Below the pieces are notes generated by a model. The model was not told where the DNA came from and ran no database searches. It was given only the letters and a program-made list of their open reading frames with translations. A program made the translations under genes and the position numbers. Positions 48,953 to 56,418 of a stretch of 64,000 nucleotides of DNA are shown here, piece after piece. Each line of letters begins with the position of its first letter. Position 1 is the first letter of the stretch. Origin of the DNA: a virus; the IMG/VR virus record IMGVR_UViG_3300021197_001350, positions 1-64,000 of that record. One strand, given 5' to 3'.

Positions 48953-49682
48953 AGGAAAAAGACCAGCAATGTTATTCTATCCCCGTGATTGGTTAGTAGA
49001 TCCAAATCTAAACTCATGCAGTCTATGCGCGCAAGGGTTATGGGTTAGGATGCTATGCTATATGTGGGAGTCCGAAAAAAGAGGCTACCTAATGGTAGGA
49101 AATAAAGCACTTCATGCAGAACAAATAGTAAGGTTAGTAGGTGCAGGCAACCCTGAAAATGAAGTACTTTATTGGCTGTCAGAACTAAAAGATGCAGGGG
49201 TTTATTCAGTCACCGATGAAGGGGTTATTTATTCCCGTAGGATGGTTGATGATGAAGGAGATACGAAAACATCTAAAGCTAAGAATAAAGTAAAGTCTTC
49301 CTCGCGTACGCGCACGCGGGCGGAAGATGAAGATGAATATGTAAATAAAAAGTTTAAGACTAAGAGGGCTGTTGAAGATGCCCTTCAGTCAGAGAGGATT
49401 TCCTATGATCACTATCCAAGCTTTAAAATTTTTTGGGATATCTATCCTCCAAGGAATGGAGTGAGGCAGAACAAGAAAGAGGCTTTTGTCACATGGGTAT
49501 TCCAAGCGTTGGAAGATAAAGGAAATTTAATTATTGACTCAGTTAAGAAATTAAAAGATACAGAGAGTTGGATTAAGGAGAATGGCAGATTTGTCCCAAT
49601 GGCTACAACCTTTCTAAATGGAAACAGATGGGAAGATGAAGTCGAAGAGTTTGCCCCCTCCGCGTGGGGAATGAATGCGTAA
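48942..49682 (+). CDS. Phage replication initiator
   Basis: N-terminal RPAMLFYPRDW..CSLCAQGLW; C-terminal FWDIYP..KKEAF..FVPMATTFLNGNRWEDE; directly before DnaB. Confidence 0.85.
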   Translation: MGTKGKRPAMLFYPRDWLVDPNLNSCSLCAQGLWVRMLCYMWESEKRGYLMVGNKALHAEQIVRLVGAGNPENEVLYWLSELKDAGVYSVTDEGVIYSRRMVDDEGDTKTSKAKNKVKSSSRTRTRAEDEDEYVNKKFKTKRAVEDALQSERISYDHYPSFKIFWDIYPPRNGVRQNKKEAFVTWVFQALEDKGNLIIDSVKKLKDTESWIKENGRFVPMATTFLNGNRWEDEVEEFAPSAWGMNA

Positions 49683-49742
49683 TGGATCTCATTACTCTAT
49701 TCAGCTTCACGATGGTAATGTTAATAGGAATATGTTGGTTAT

Positions 49743-51032
49743 ATGATTGGATCTAATTTAAGCGAGAATGATTATGAAAGCGGAGTCCTCAGCTCATGCC
49801 TGAGAGACATACAATGGCCCACGGCTTATAGCCGAGCTTGTGACATAATATCCCCTGAGCATTTTGCAGATGCTAACAAGGGTAAAGTGTTTGAGGTGAT
49901 GGGTAAGTTAACCGAGCCACCTGATGAATTTGTATTAGCTAATGAATCAGGAGTAGACATGATAGACATAATGGGTTGGTGCGAAAGGACAGAGACATCA
50001 ACTTATGTAGTCACCTTTGCCGAAGGAGTTATGAAGTGCTGGTCTAAAAGACAGGCAGAGCATATCGCTAGGGAAGTAATGGATAAGGTTTCCAACCAAG
50101 AGGATCCCAACGAGATCCTCTCTAACGCAAGTAAAAGAATTACGGATGCCCTTGGGTCTCATAGCAATGAGATTAAAGAAGTGCATGATGGCATAGATGA
50201 AACCCTACAGAATTGTTATGACCTTGATGAGGGTAAGGTGGAGCCAGGAATAAACACAGGGTTGCCTGACTTAGATAAGGTCTTAGGTGGTTTCAAGGTG
50301 GGAGAGTTTGCAACTATAGCCGCCCGACCCTCACATGGTAAGACGGCATTGGCATTATCCATAGCGGCTAATATAGCATCCACTGGCAAGAAGGTTTTAT
50401 TCTGTAGCCTTGAGATGACAACTGAACAGCTGAGAAAAAGATTAATGCACGCTGAGGCACGAGTACCTATTATCAATAGACCCAATCACTACAATGGTGA
50501 AGACAGGCATAAGCTTGAAGATGCGGTTGGTAGGATTAAGGGTTGGAGCCTAAAGGTGGATCAGACTTGTGGAGTCACAGTACCTTATCTCCTTTCAAAA
50601 GCAATGGCTGAGAAAACACGGAACGGACTTGATATACTATTCATTGATTACATTGGTATAATGAATGGGCCAGGCAAGGATATATACGAGAGGGTATCAG
50701 GGATATCCCGTGGCATTCAGCAAATAGCAAAGAAGGTTGAGATACCTGTGGTTGCATTATCCCAACAGAACAGGGATTCCGAAAAGGACAACAATGCAAA
50801 GATGAGTCACCTTAGAGACTCAGGTAGTGTAGAGCAGGATGCCGATCAGGTGATCATGCTTAGGCGTTCTAAGGATATGGGCGATAAGCCTTTTGAACCC
50901 GTAGAGATAATGGAAGTGACCATCGCCAAGAATCGGAATGGTTGCACAGGTAAAATACCCTTGACATTTTGTAGAAGCTTTGCACGATATGAAAGCACAG
51001 CGAAAGAAAACAGCGAACCCAGATTAAACTAA
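49743..51032 (+). CDS. dnaB: Replicative DNA helicase DnaB
   Basis: AARPSHGKT, SLEM, FIDYI, ALSQQNR, LRDSGSVEQDAD, IAKNRNG. Confidence 0.97.
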   Translation: MIGSNLSENDYESGVLSSCLRDIQWPTAYSRACDIISPEHFADANKGKVFEVMGKLTEPPDEFVLANESGVDMIDIMGWCERTETSTYVVTFAEGVMKCWSKRQAEHIAREVMDKVSNQEDPNEILSNASKRITDALGSHSNEIKEVHDGIDETLQNCYDLDEGKVEPGINTGLPDLDKVLGGFKVGEFATIAARPSHGKTALALSIAANIASTGKKVLFCSLEMTTEQLRKRLMHAEARVPIINRPNHYNGEDRHKLEDAVGRIKGWSLKVDQTCGVTVPYLLSKAMAEKTRNGLDILFIDYIGIMNGPGKDIYERVSGISRGIQQIAKKVEIPVVALSQQNRDSEKDNNAKMSHLRDSGSVEQDADQVIMLRRSKDMGDKPFEPVEIMEVTIAKNRNGCTGKIPLTFCRSFARYESTAKENSEPRLN

Positions 51033-51033
51033 T

Positions 51034-51273
51034 ATGGAAAGAAAAAACAATACCGCCGCTCTCTTCAAAGAAGAAGAGAAGAAAAACGAAAATGGCCCCG
51101 ACTACACAGGGATGGGTCTTATAGAAGGAAAAGAACTTCGACTTGCAGCTTGGATCAATGAAGCTAAATCTACTGGGAAGAAATATCTTAGTATAGCTTT
51201 CTCTGAACCAATGGAAAAAAAGGCTCAAGAACCTAAGTCATCAAAGGAGGATGATGACGACATTCCTTTCTAA
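51034..51273 (+). CDS. Small phage single-stranded DNA-binding protein
   Basis: PDYTG..LAAW..GKKYLS motif and acidic DDDIPF tail. Confidence 0.8.
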   Translation: MERKNNTAALFKEEEKKNENGPDYTGMGLIEGKELRLAAWINEAKSTGKKYLSIAFSEPMEKKAQEPKSSKEDDDDIPF

Positions 51274-51296
51274 TACCAATTAGATTCCATAACATT

Positions 51297-51332
51297 AGGG
51301 AGTAGGTGCGGGATACACCTGCTCCTTTTTTA
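51297..51332 (+). terminator. Intrinsic terminator between convergent operons
   Basis: AGGGAGTAGGTG-loop-CACCTGCTCCTT followed by T-run. Confidence 0.8.
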
Positions 51333-51746
51333 TTTCTCAATAAATATATCCCAGTTATCTTTGTACTTCTCGTACTGACCTTTATTCCCCTGTGGGTACA
51401 ACCATACACACCTGCTTTTTATTTTTCCACATGGTATGATATACCAGATATCCCAACTAGCTATGTAGCACGCCAGGATATCTGCCTGCGAGCAGTCTAT
51501 ACTTTTCTTACTACTCCCTGAGGCTGCAGTTATTCTAAACCTAGCAGTTGTGTTATACCTGCGGTCGTAGACCTGAGTGTGGGTTCCTTTGATTTGAACC
51601 TTATAGCAAACACCATCGGCGTACACGACAAGATCATGTGGCAAGTAATCTCCTATAGGCACATGGGGCTGTAACCCACGCCTTAGGGATTCTGCTATGA
51701 AGAGCTGCTCGTAGAGGGTTCCTGCTTGCTTTGAGCTGAACTCCAT
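51330..51746 (-). CDS. PD-(D/E)xK endonuclease (PDDEXK_5 / homing-type)
   Basis: G..YE......LRRG...P.GD..PHDLVV......KVQIK. Confidence 0.85.
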   Translation of the reverse strand: MEFSSKQAGTLYEQLFIAESLRRGLQPHVPIGDYLPHDLVVYADGVCYKVQIKGTHTQVYDRRYNTTARFRITAASGSSKKSIDCSQADILACYIASWDIWYIIPCGKIKSRCVWLYPQGNKGQYEKYKDNWDIFIEK

Positions 51747-52210
51747 GGCGTTAACGCCTCCTGAGGCAGTATATAGGCTTCGGGTGCGTCTTCTGATAGT
51801 TTCCCTATGTTGACCTCTTTAAGGAAGTCCTCGGTCTTTATATAGCCCCTTAAGGTCATGTGTGGTGGATTACCTGTTACCAGCACATAGTAGTCACTGT
51901 CCCTAGGTGAGGCTTTCAATCTAGCTACAAGCTTACCAGAGTGATAGCGAGTTGTTTTAACTTCAACTCTATTTCCCTGAGGTGACCTTAAATCAAAGCC
52001 GCCGCTGCGTGATCTTATACTAAGATCAGGGAAAACATTCATCACCTTAGCTACAGCTACCTCTCCAGCCATACCGACATACTCTACTTCAAAGTCATCT
52101 TCTTCGGATATCTTCTGGTTGGGTACGCCGTCTTTTCTGGATATGGCAGTTCTTGCTTTGGCAACCTGCTTAATTAATTCGTCTTCTATTTCGTTTAACT
52201 TTACTTTCAC
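51695..52210 (-). CDS. Second PD-(D/E)xK-fold nuclease-like protein
   Basis: GMAGEVAVAK...GGFDL....RVEVKTT. Confidence 0.75.
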   Translation of the reverse strand: MKVKLNEIEDELIKQVAKARTAISRKDGVPNQKISEEDDFEVEYVGMAGEVAVAKVMNVFPDLSIRSRSGGFDLRSPQGNRVEVKTTRYHSGKLVARLKASPRDSDYYVLVTGNPPHMTLRGYIKTEDFLKEVNIGKLSEDAPEAYILPQEALTPWSSAQSKQEPSTSSSS

Positions 52211-52230
52211 TTACTCTTTCGCTTATGGGT

Positions 52231-52404
52231 TTAACTCGCTTCCCCAAGTTTTTCAGGGGGCATATACTCTAATACACCAGATGGATCCCTACTAGTCAAG
52301 CGGATGAATACATCCAGCACCTCAAGTAGGTCACAAGTAGGTATAGAATCGTCAACAGATAACTCTATATCCTGTCCACCGCCCTCCCATTTTAAAGTAA
52401 TCAT
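52231..52404 (-). CDS. 57-aa hypothetical protein (MITLKWEGGGQDIELSV...)
   Basis: Hand translation; ATGA coupling to upstream stop; not in track. Confidence 0.6.
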   Translation of the reverse strand: MITLKWEGGGQDIELSVDDSIPTCDLLEVLDVFIRLTSRDPSGVLEYMPPEKLGEAS

Positions 52405-52712
52405 TCCCATCCCAGGTTCTCAGTCTCCACTTTACCCCAGCATGAACCTTTTGTCATAGCAAGGAATGGTGTATAGCAACCGCAACCCATCTTTTTATTC
52501 CATAATGGGCGGCACTGTCGTAGATCTTTATTATATATTGGGCATTTCATACAGGTACGCAATCGCGTACGCCATCTTTTCCTACCCACTCCTAGCATAA
52601 AACCCTTATGCAGCATCTTAAATAGGGGGAGGATTCCATTTGCACCACCCTCAAGTTTGACGATGGCCCACCATTCTCGGAACCTAGAAGGCTTTAAGCC
52701 CAGTATCTTCAT
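52401..52712 (-). CDS. Cys-rich small protein (RLRTCMKCP...GCGC), probably metal-binding
   Basis: Start revised to ATG 52712, just downstream of the promoter. Confidence 0.65.
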   Translation of the reverse strand: MKILGLKPSRFREWWAIVKLEGGANGILPLFKMLHKGFMLGVGRKRWRTRLRTCMKCPIYNKDLRQCRPLWNKKMGCGCYTPFLAMTKGSCWGKVETENLGWE

Positions 52713-52722
52713 GCTGTACGGC

Positions 52723-52751
52723 ATACTACCCTTAAAGTACATGAATGTCAA
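52723..52751 (-). promoter_or_regulatory. Sigma70-like promoter
   Basis: Minus strand TTGACA - 17 nt - TAGTAT. Confidence 0.7.
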
Positions 52752-52848
52752 GTATATACAAAGTAAAGCCACAAGGGGGTTAATATATTTCAGATTCTTG
52801 GAAACTAGAGAAACGGTATATATATACTGATATCACATCGCGTGCGTT

Positions 52849-52868
52849 CCCCCCTCCCCCCGCCCCCC
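52849..52868. repeat. C6-T-C6-G-C6 tract at the divergence point
   Basis: Directly visible; flanked by a GTATATATATAC palindrome and a CTATACAA/TTGTATAG inverted repeat. Confidence 0.85.
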
Positions 52869-52893
52869 AACTATACAAGTGCAGTTGTATAGC

Positions 52894-52933
52894 ATGACAG
52901 CCGTAAACCCTTGAATGACAGCCAGTTGCTAGG
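52894..52933 (+). promoter_or_regulatory. Tandem ATGACAGCC boxes, 21-bp period (copy 1)
   Basis: Boxes at 52894 and 52915, followed by AGTTGCTAGG; same arrangement at 54772. Confidence 0.7.
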
Positions 52934-53025
52934 TTGAATTTCGATTGTCGAATTTCACTGAGTCATTGGATGTCACCTCTCCAACCGCTCGGAACTACAC
53001 TCAGAGGTGAAGGAGGAAATGCAAA

Positions 53026-53430
53026 ATGCAAAACCCATTCGCAAACGATAACACCCATCCGCAAGAAAAGACCAACATCGCTCCTCTCCTTACAGGAGAT
53101 AAGTTAATCACTCTGCTAGCAAAGCTAGCTGAGAAGGGATTGATGGAGTGGGACGCTGAGCGTAGCTTAGCAATGGTTGCAAAGCGTGTGTTAACACAGA
53201 CAGCAGGAAGCACTGAGGAAGCTCAAGGACTTCGTGGTTGGCTTTCAAGCCAAGGCTTCAGAGGTTCCCGTAGAAGCAGAAGCTTCTACCTTTCTCTCAG
53301 CGACTTGGAAAGTCGTGGCGTTACCATCACCGATGGTAAACCACAAGTTTGTGAACCAAAGGTTCAACAGGCTAAAGGTCGTAGCAAAGCTACACTGAAC
53401 TTTTCCGACATCATGGGGCTTACTGAGTAA
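53026..53430 (+). CDS. First early-region hypothetical protein
   Basis: AGGAGG upstream; followed by a terminator. Confidence 0.75.
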   Translation: MQNPFANDNTHPQEKTNIAPLLTGDKLITLLAKLAEKGLMEWDAERSLAMVAKRVLTQTAGSTEEAQGLRGWLSSQGFRGSRRSRSFYLSLSDLESRGVTITDGKPQVCEPKVQQAKGRSKATLNFSDIMGLTE

Positions 53431-53442
53431 GCCTTGTGATTG

Positions 53443-53481
53443 GGGTAGCCCTTCGGGGCTACCCTACCTTTTTTTTCTTTT
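53443..53481 (+). terminator. Intrinsic terminator
   Basis: GGGTAGCCC-TTCG-GGGCTACCC followed by a long T-run. Confidence 0.9.
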
Positions 53482-53514
53482 CGTTCAACAACAACAACAT
53501 AGGAGGATATATAT

Positions 53515-54123
53515 ATGTCTATCGACACAGCAGTATCAGCAACATCAACAATACAAACACCATCCAATATGGATGATGCAGATTGGAGTCACTTTCGTAA
53601 GCTCGACAAGTTAGAGCTTGATTGGTCACCTCGTTCCATCTTGGATCATCTCAAGATTAGCCCTAACACTGTCCGTAGGATATTGGGCTACTCCGAGACC
53701 AAGGTGGCTAATGCTGAAAGGCATCTTCGTTATAAGTCTTCAACTTATAAGCCACAACCTTGCAGTTATGTTGTCCGTCCCATAAGGGAGGATGAGATAA
53801 ATGGTGAGGATGTTAGGATGAAAGTGGTTGACTACTATGATGGTGACAGGGTTAAGCCTGGCTATAAGCCATCACCACTAAAGGTTGACCGAGGTGGTAT
53901 AGGTTATGAGGATGCCTTCTACGAAGCAGTAGGTTTGGGAGGTGACAAACATAGATTTCCAATCGTTGATGTTGAACAGGGTAATGATGATGAAGTTGCC
54001 ACTATGTCTTACGAACATAAGACAGGTGGTGCTATAAGCTTCGTCAAGAAAGCAGTAGCCAAGATGACTCGCCGTAGGAACTACGGAACTTGCTTGTCTA
54101 CTATCAGTCCTTACAGATCGTAA
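53515..54123 (+). CDS. HTH-containing hypothetical protein
   Basis: WSPRSILDHLKISPNTVRRIL HTH; AGGAGG SD. Confidence 0.75.
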   Translation: MSIDTAVSATSTIQTPSNMDDADWSHFRKLDKLELDWSPRSILDHLKISPNTVRRILGYSETKVANAERHLRYKSSTYKPQPCSYVVRPIREDEINGEDVRMKVVDYYDGDRVKPGYKPSPLKVDRGGIGYEDAFYEAVGLGGDKHRFPIVDVEQGNDDEVATMSYEHKTGGAISFVKKAVAKMTRRRNYGTCLSTISPYRS

Positions 54124-54131
54124 GGCTGAAC

Positions 54132-54163
54132 CGACCCACTTGGGGGTCGTTAAACATACCAAG
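54132..54163 (+). ncRNA. H-type pseudoknot (copy 1)
   Basis: S1 CGACCC/GGGTCG, S2 CTTGG/CCAAG, loop 3 TTAAACATA. Confidence 0.65.
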
Positions 54164-54169
54164 ACACTT

Positions 54170-54752
54170 TTTCGGATGGTAGTATGGCTACTATGCTTCG
54201 CCAAAAGCATGGAGAAATCCAAGTTATGAGGTTAGGAAGATTGACCACGGCATCCATATGGATGACTAGGTTGGCTTACTCATGGTAACCCTATCTATGG
54301 GGTTTGATACCGAGGCTGAGTCTCATGTCGTTGATTATTCAGTCGGGCTTTATATGCATAGATTATCCTGTAATACAGGGTGTCGGTCTCTCCTTCATGA
54401 GAGGCATAGGAATCCCAAGTATAGATGAACGATCTATTGAGGCTTATCACCTTTCTATACTCCAAGATCAGGCATAGGGGATAACAGCATCGTGGTTTAC
54501 CAGTCGGTGCTAAGGTGGGGATCATCGTATGGTGTGACCACCAAGAACGGGGACAACATTTATACGGAGGGTTGTCATGCAGTATGGCGGTAGGGGGCTA
54601 TACTAATATTTACTTTTGAACAACGATATACATCACGCTGCAGATGGTCACTATATCGGGGTCGGTTTGGTAAGAGCTTGGACTAGTGACGGCTAGTCTA
54701 CATTACCTTAACTCTCGGTGTTAGAGAGGCTGACCTGTTCATACCTTTTTTT
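54170..54752 (+). ncRNA. Candidate large structured ncRNA A (~580 nt)
   Basis: No long sense ORF; more than 12 hairpins plus nested long-range helices; ends in T7. Confidence 0.55.
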
Positions 54753-54771
54753 ATTTACATTTTCAAAGAAA

Positions 54772-54811
54772 ATGACAGCCGAAAATTGGCGAATGACAGC
54801 CAGTTGGTAGG
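54772..54811 (+). promoter_or_regulatory. Tandem ATGACAGCC boxes, 21-bp period (copy 2)
   Basis: Boxes at 54772 and 54793, followed by AGTTGGTAGG. Confidence 0.7.
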
Positions 54812-54897
54812 GCGAGCAGTTGATTTGCTGTTTCACTTGTGTATTATATTTATAAAATCAATGGATGCTTCCGCATCCATGTGTTGGAGGAACTGCT

Positions 54898-55005
54898 ATG
54901 AAGATAAAGATACGGAAGCCTATATTGTTTACCAAGTCTAGACCATTCAAGGTTAAGGCTAAGGTGTTGCATCGTAAGATGAAATACAAGGAGAGGCTAG
55001 CTTGA
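54898..55005 (+). CDS. 35-aa basic peptide MKIKIRKPILFTKSRPFKVKAKVLHRKMKYKERLA, loosely ArfA-like
   Basis: Hand translation; GGAGG SD at correct spacing; preceded by ATGGATGC/GCATCCAT hairpin. Confidence 0.65.
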   Translation: MKIKIRKPILFTKSRPFKVKAKVLHRKMKYKERLA

Positions 55006-55039
55006 TAGGGCAAGCAAATAATCCCTAACAATTTACTTT

Positions 55040-55576
55040 TGATGGATTGATCATCCATCATGGGACGCTAGTAGAAGTCACAACCTTAGTGACACTAGCA
55101 CTCATGTCCGAGTGATGCTCGGGGTCAACGGCTAAGTAGCTGAGGCTAGGTGAAGGACACCGATGTAGGGTAACGCCTACCATGAGGTACTGATCTGACA
55201 ATCCTATAAACTGAACTATAGGTATGTCTCCTGCAGGTGAGGGTTCACAGCCCAAGTCCTGTCATTGTCGCATAATAATGGACTTAGGAACATAGTGCGA
55301 ACAAGGTCTGCAATGTTGCAGGTTCAACGAGCAAGTGCTTGAGAACGGGTTAAACACCTACCAAGTTGCGGAGATATCATGTCGTTAACTAAGGATCAGT
55401 TGGGAGAAGGCTGAAGAGTAATCTCCCCCCGACCATTTTACTTTAGCCGTGTGGCAAGTTCGTTGTAAAAAGAACTAGAATGATGAGTTGGTAGAACAGA
55501 ACGCTCTGCAAGAAAATCTACCATGAAATAGTGCGAATCATAGGGTAACGACCTTGAGGCCAATCATCCACGGCTA
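55040..55576 (+). ncRNA. Candidate large structured ncRNA B (~540 nt, possibly two modules)
   Basis: Long-range helices CTCATG/CATGAG, ACTGATC/GATCAGT and TAGCCGTG/CACGGCTA enclose multiple hairpins. Confidence 0.6.
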
Positions 55577-55608
55577 TTCATTTTCACCAACAATAACAAG
55601 GAGGAAAT

Positions 55609-55887
55609 ATGAATGACGATACATTAAGACAAGCGGTAAGAATGAAGCAAGGTATTGAATGCCTTAGCATAAGAGATCTCAACAAGTTAGTAGGTGCTTA
55701 TATACTAGGCACTCAACCTAGCTATATTGTTAGGTCTGCTATCAGTGATGTCGCTAAAGAAGAGTTCGTCAAGGAGTATGGAAAGGCTCAGCTATCTTGG
55801 GTAGATAATGCCGAGCAATACTCCAAAGGTACGGAAGCCAACTTCATCCTGGAGTCAATGCATGGCGACAGGATAGAGCGTTTATAA
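55609..55887 (+). CDS. Hypothetical early protein
   Basis: AAGGAGG SD; ORF track. Confidence 0.75.
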   Translation: MNDDTLRQAVRMKQGIECLSIRDLNKLVGAYILGTQPSYIVRSAISDVAKEEFVKEYGKAQLSWVDNAEQYSKGTEANFILESMHGDRIERL

Positions 55888-55895
55888 TACCCATA

Positions 55896-55926
55896 AGTCT
55901 GACGGGGCAGACTATAAACAACCCCG
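55896..55926 (+). ncRNA. H-type pseudoknot (copy 2)
   Basis: S1 AGTCTG/CAGACT, S2 CGGGG/CCCCG, loop 3 ATAAACAA. Confidence 0.65.
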
Positions 55927-55968
55927 ACTATTTATTTCTAATCAACAATAACAAAACAAGGAGGATAT

Positions 55969-56340
55969 ATGTTAAAATCAAAACCATTCGCAGGGCTTAA
56001 GACAGGCAAGGATACAGAGGGTCAAACCTTTTTCAAGTTCGATGCCAACCATAAGCCTAAGCAGTTTAAGCCAAGGCGTAAGCGTAACAAACCAAGGTTT
56101 GCTTTCGTGCTTCAGGCTTTCGATGGTGAGAAATGGAAGGTGATCCGCAAAGATGGATTGCTTATTCACTCCAAGTCATGCAAGGAGGTACGGACTAAGG
56201 AGTTTGTTAAGTGTCTACAAGATGGAGGCTTTGTATCTCAGATGAAGATACAAGTATTCGGTAAGCGTAGCATAACTGACAAGGAATTCTTTTCAACCCC
56301 CGTCAGATGGAGGAGTATCGATGCCGTATCAATCGTCTGA
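55969..56340 (+). CDS. Basic hypothetical protein
   Basis: AAGGAGG SD; ORF track. Confidence 0.75.
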   Translation: MLKSKPFAGLKTGKDTEGQTFFKFDANHKPKQFKPRRKRNKPRFAFVLQAFDGEKWKVIRKDGLLIHSKSCKEVRTKEFVKCLQDGGFVSQMKIQVFGKRSITDKEFFSTPVRWRSIDAVSIV

Positions 56341-56353
56341 AACAAACAAACAA

Positions 56354-56390
56354 GGCAGGGGGGAGGTATACTTCCCTCCTGCCCACTTTA
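56354..56390 (+). terminator. GC-rich hairpin, weak terminator or processing stem
   Basis: GGCAGGGGGGAGG-TATA-CTTCCCTCCTGCC followed by CACTTT. Confidence 0.6.
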
Positions 56391-56418
56391 AACTAACACC
56401 AAGAGAAAGGATAATATT

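Noticed and set aside
54121-54131. Stop-codon readthrough producing extended proteins at the pseudoknots (also 55885-55896)
   Set aside because: Another in-frame stop follows within three codons at both sites
55478-55530. Hammerhead-like ATGATGAG...stem...TGAAA
   Set aside because: Conserved C of CUGANGA is A, and no convincing stems I/III with an NUH site were found
54124-55600. tRNA, tmRNA or CRISPR array as the explanation for the non-coding region
   Set aside because: No GTTCRA T-arm in a canonical cloverleaf, no tmRNA ends, no regularly spaced repeats with unique spacers
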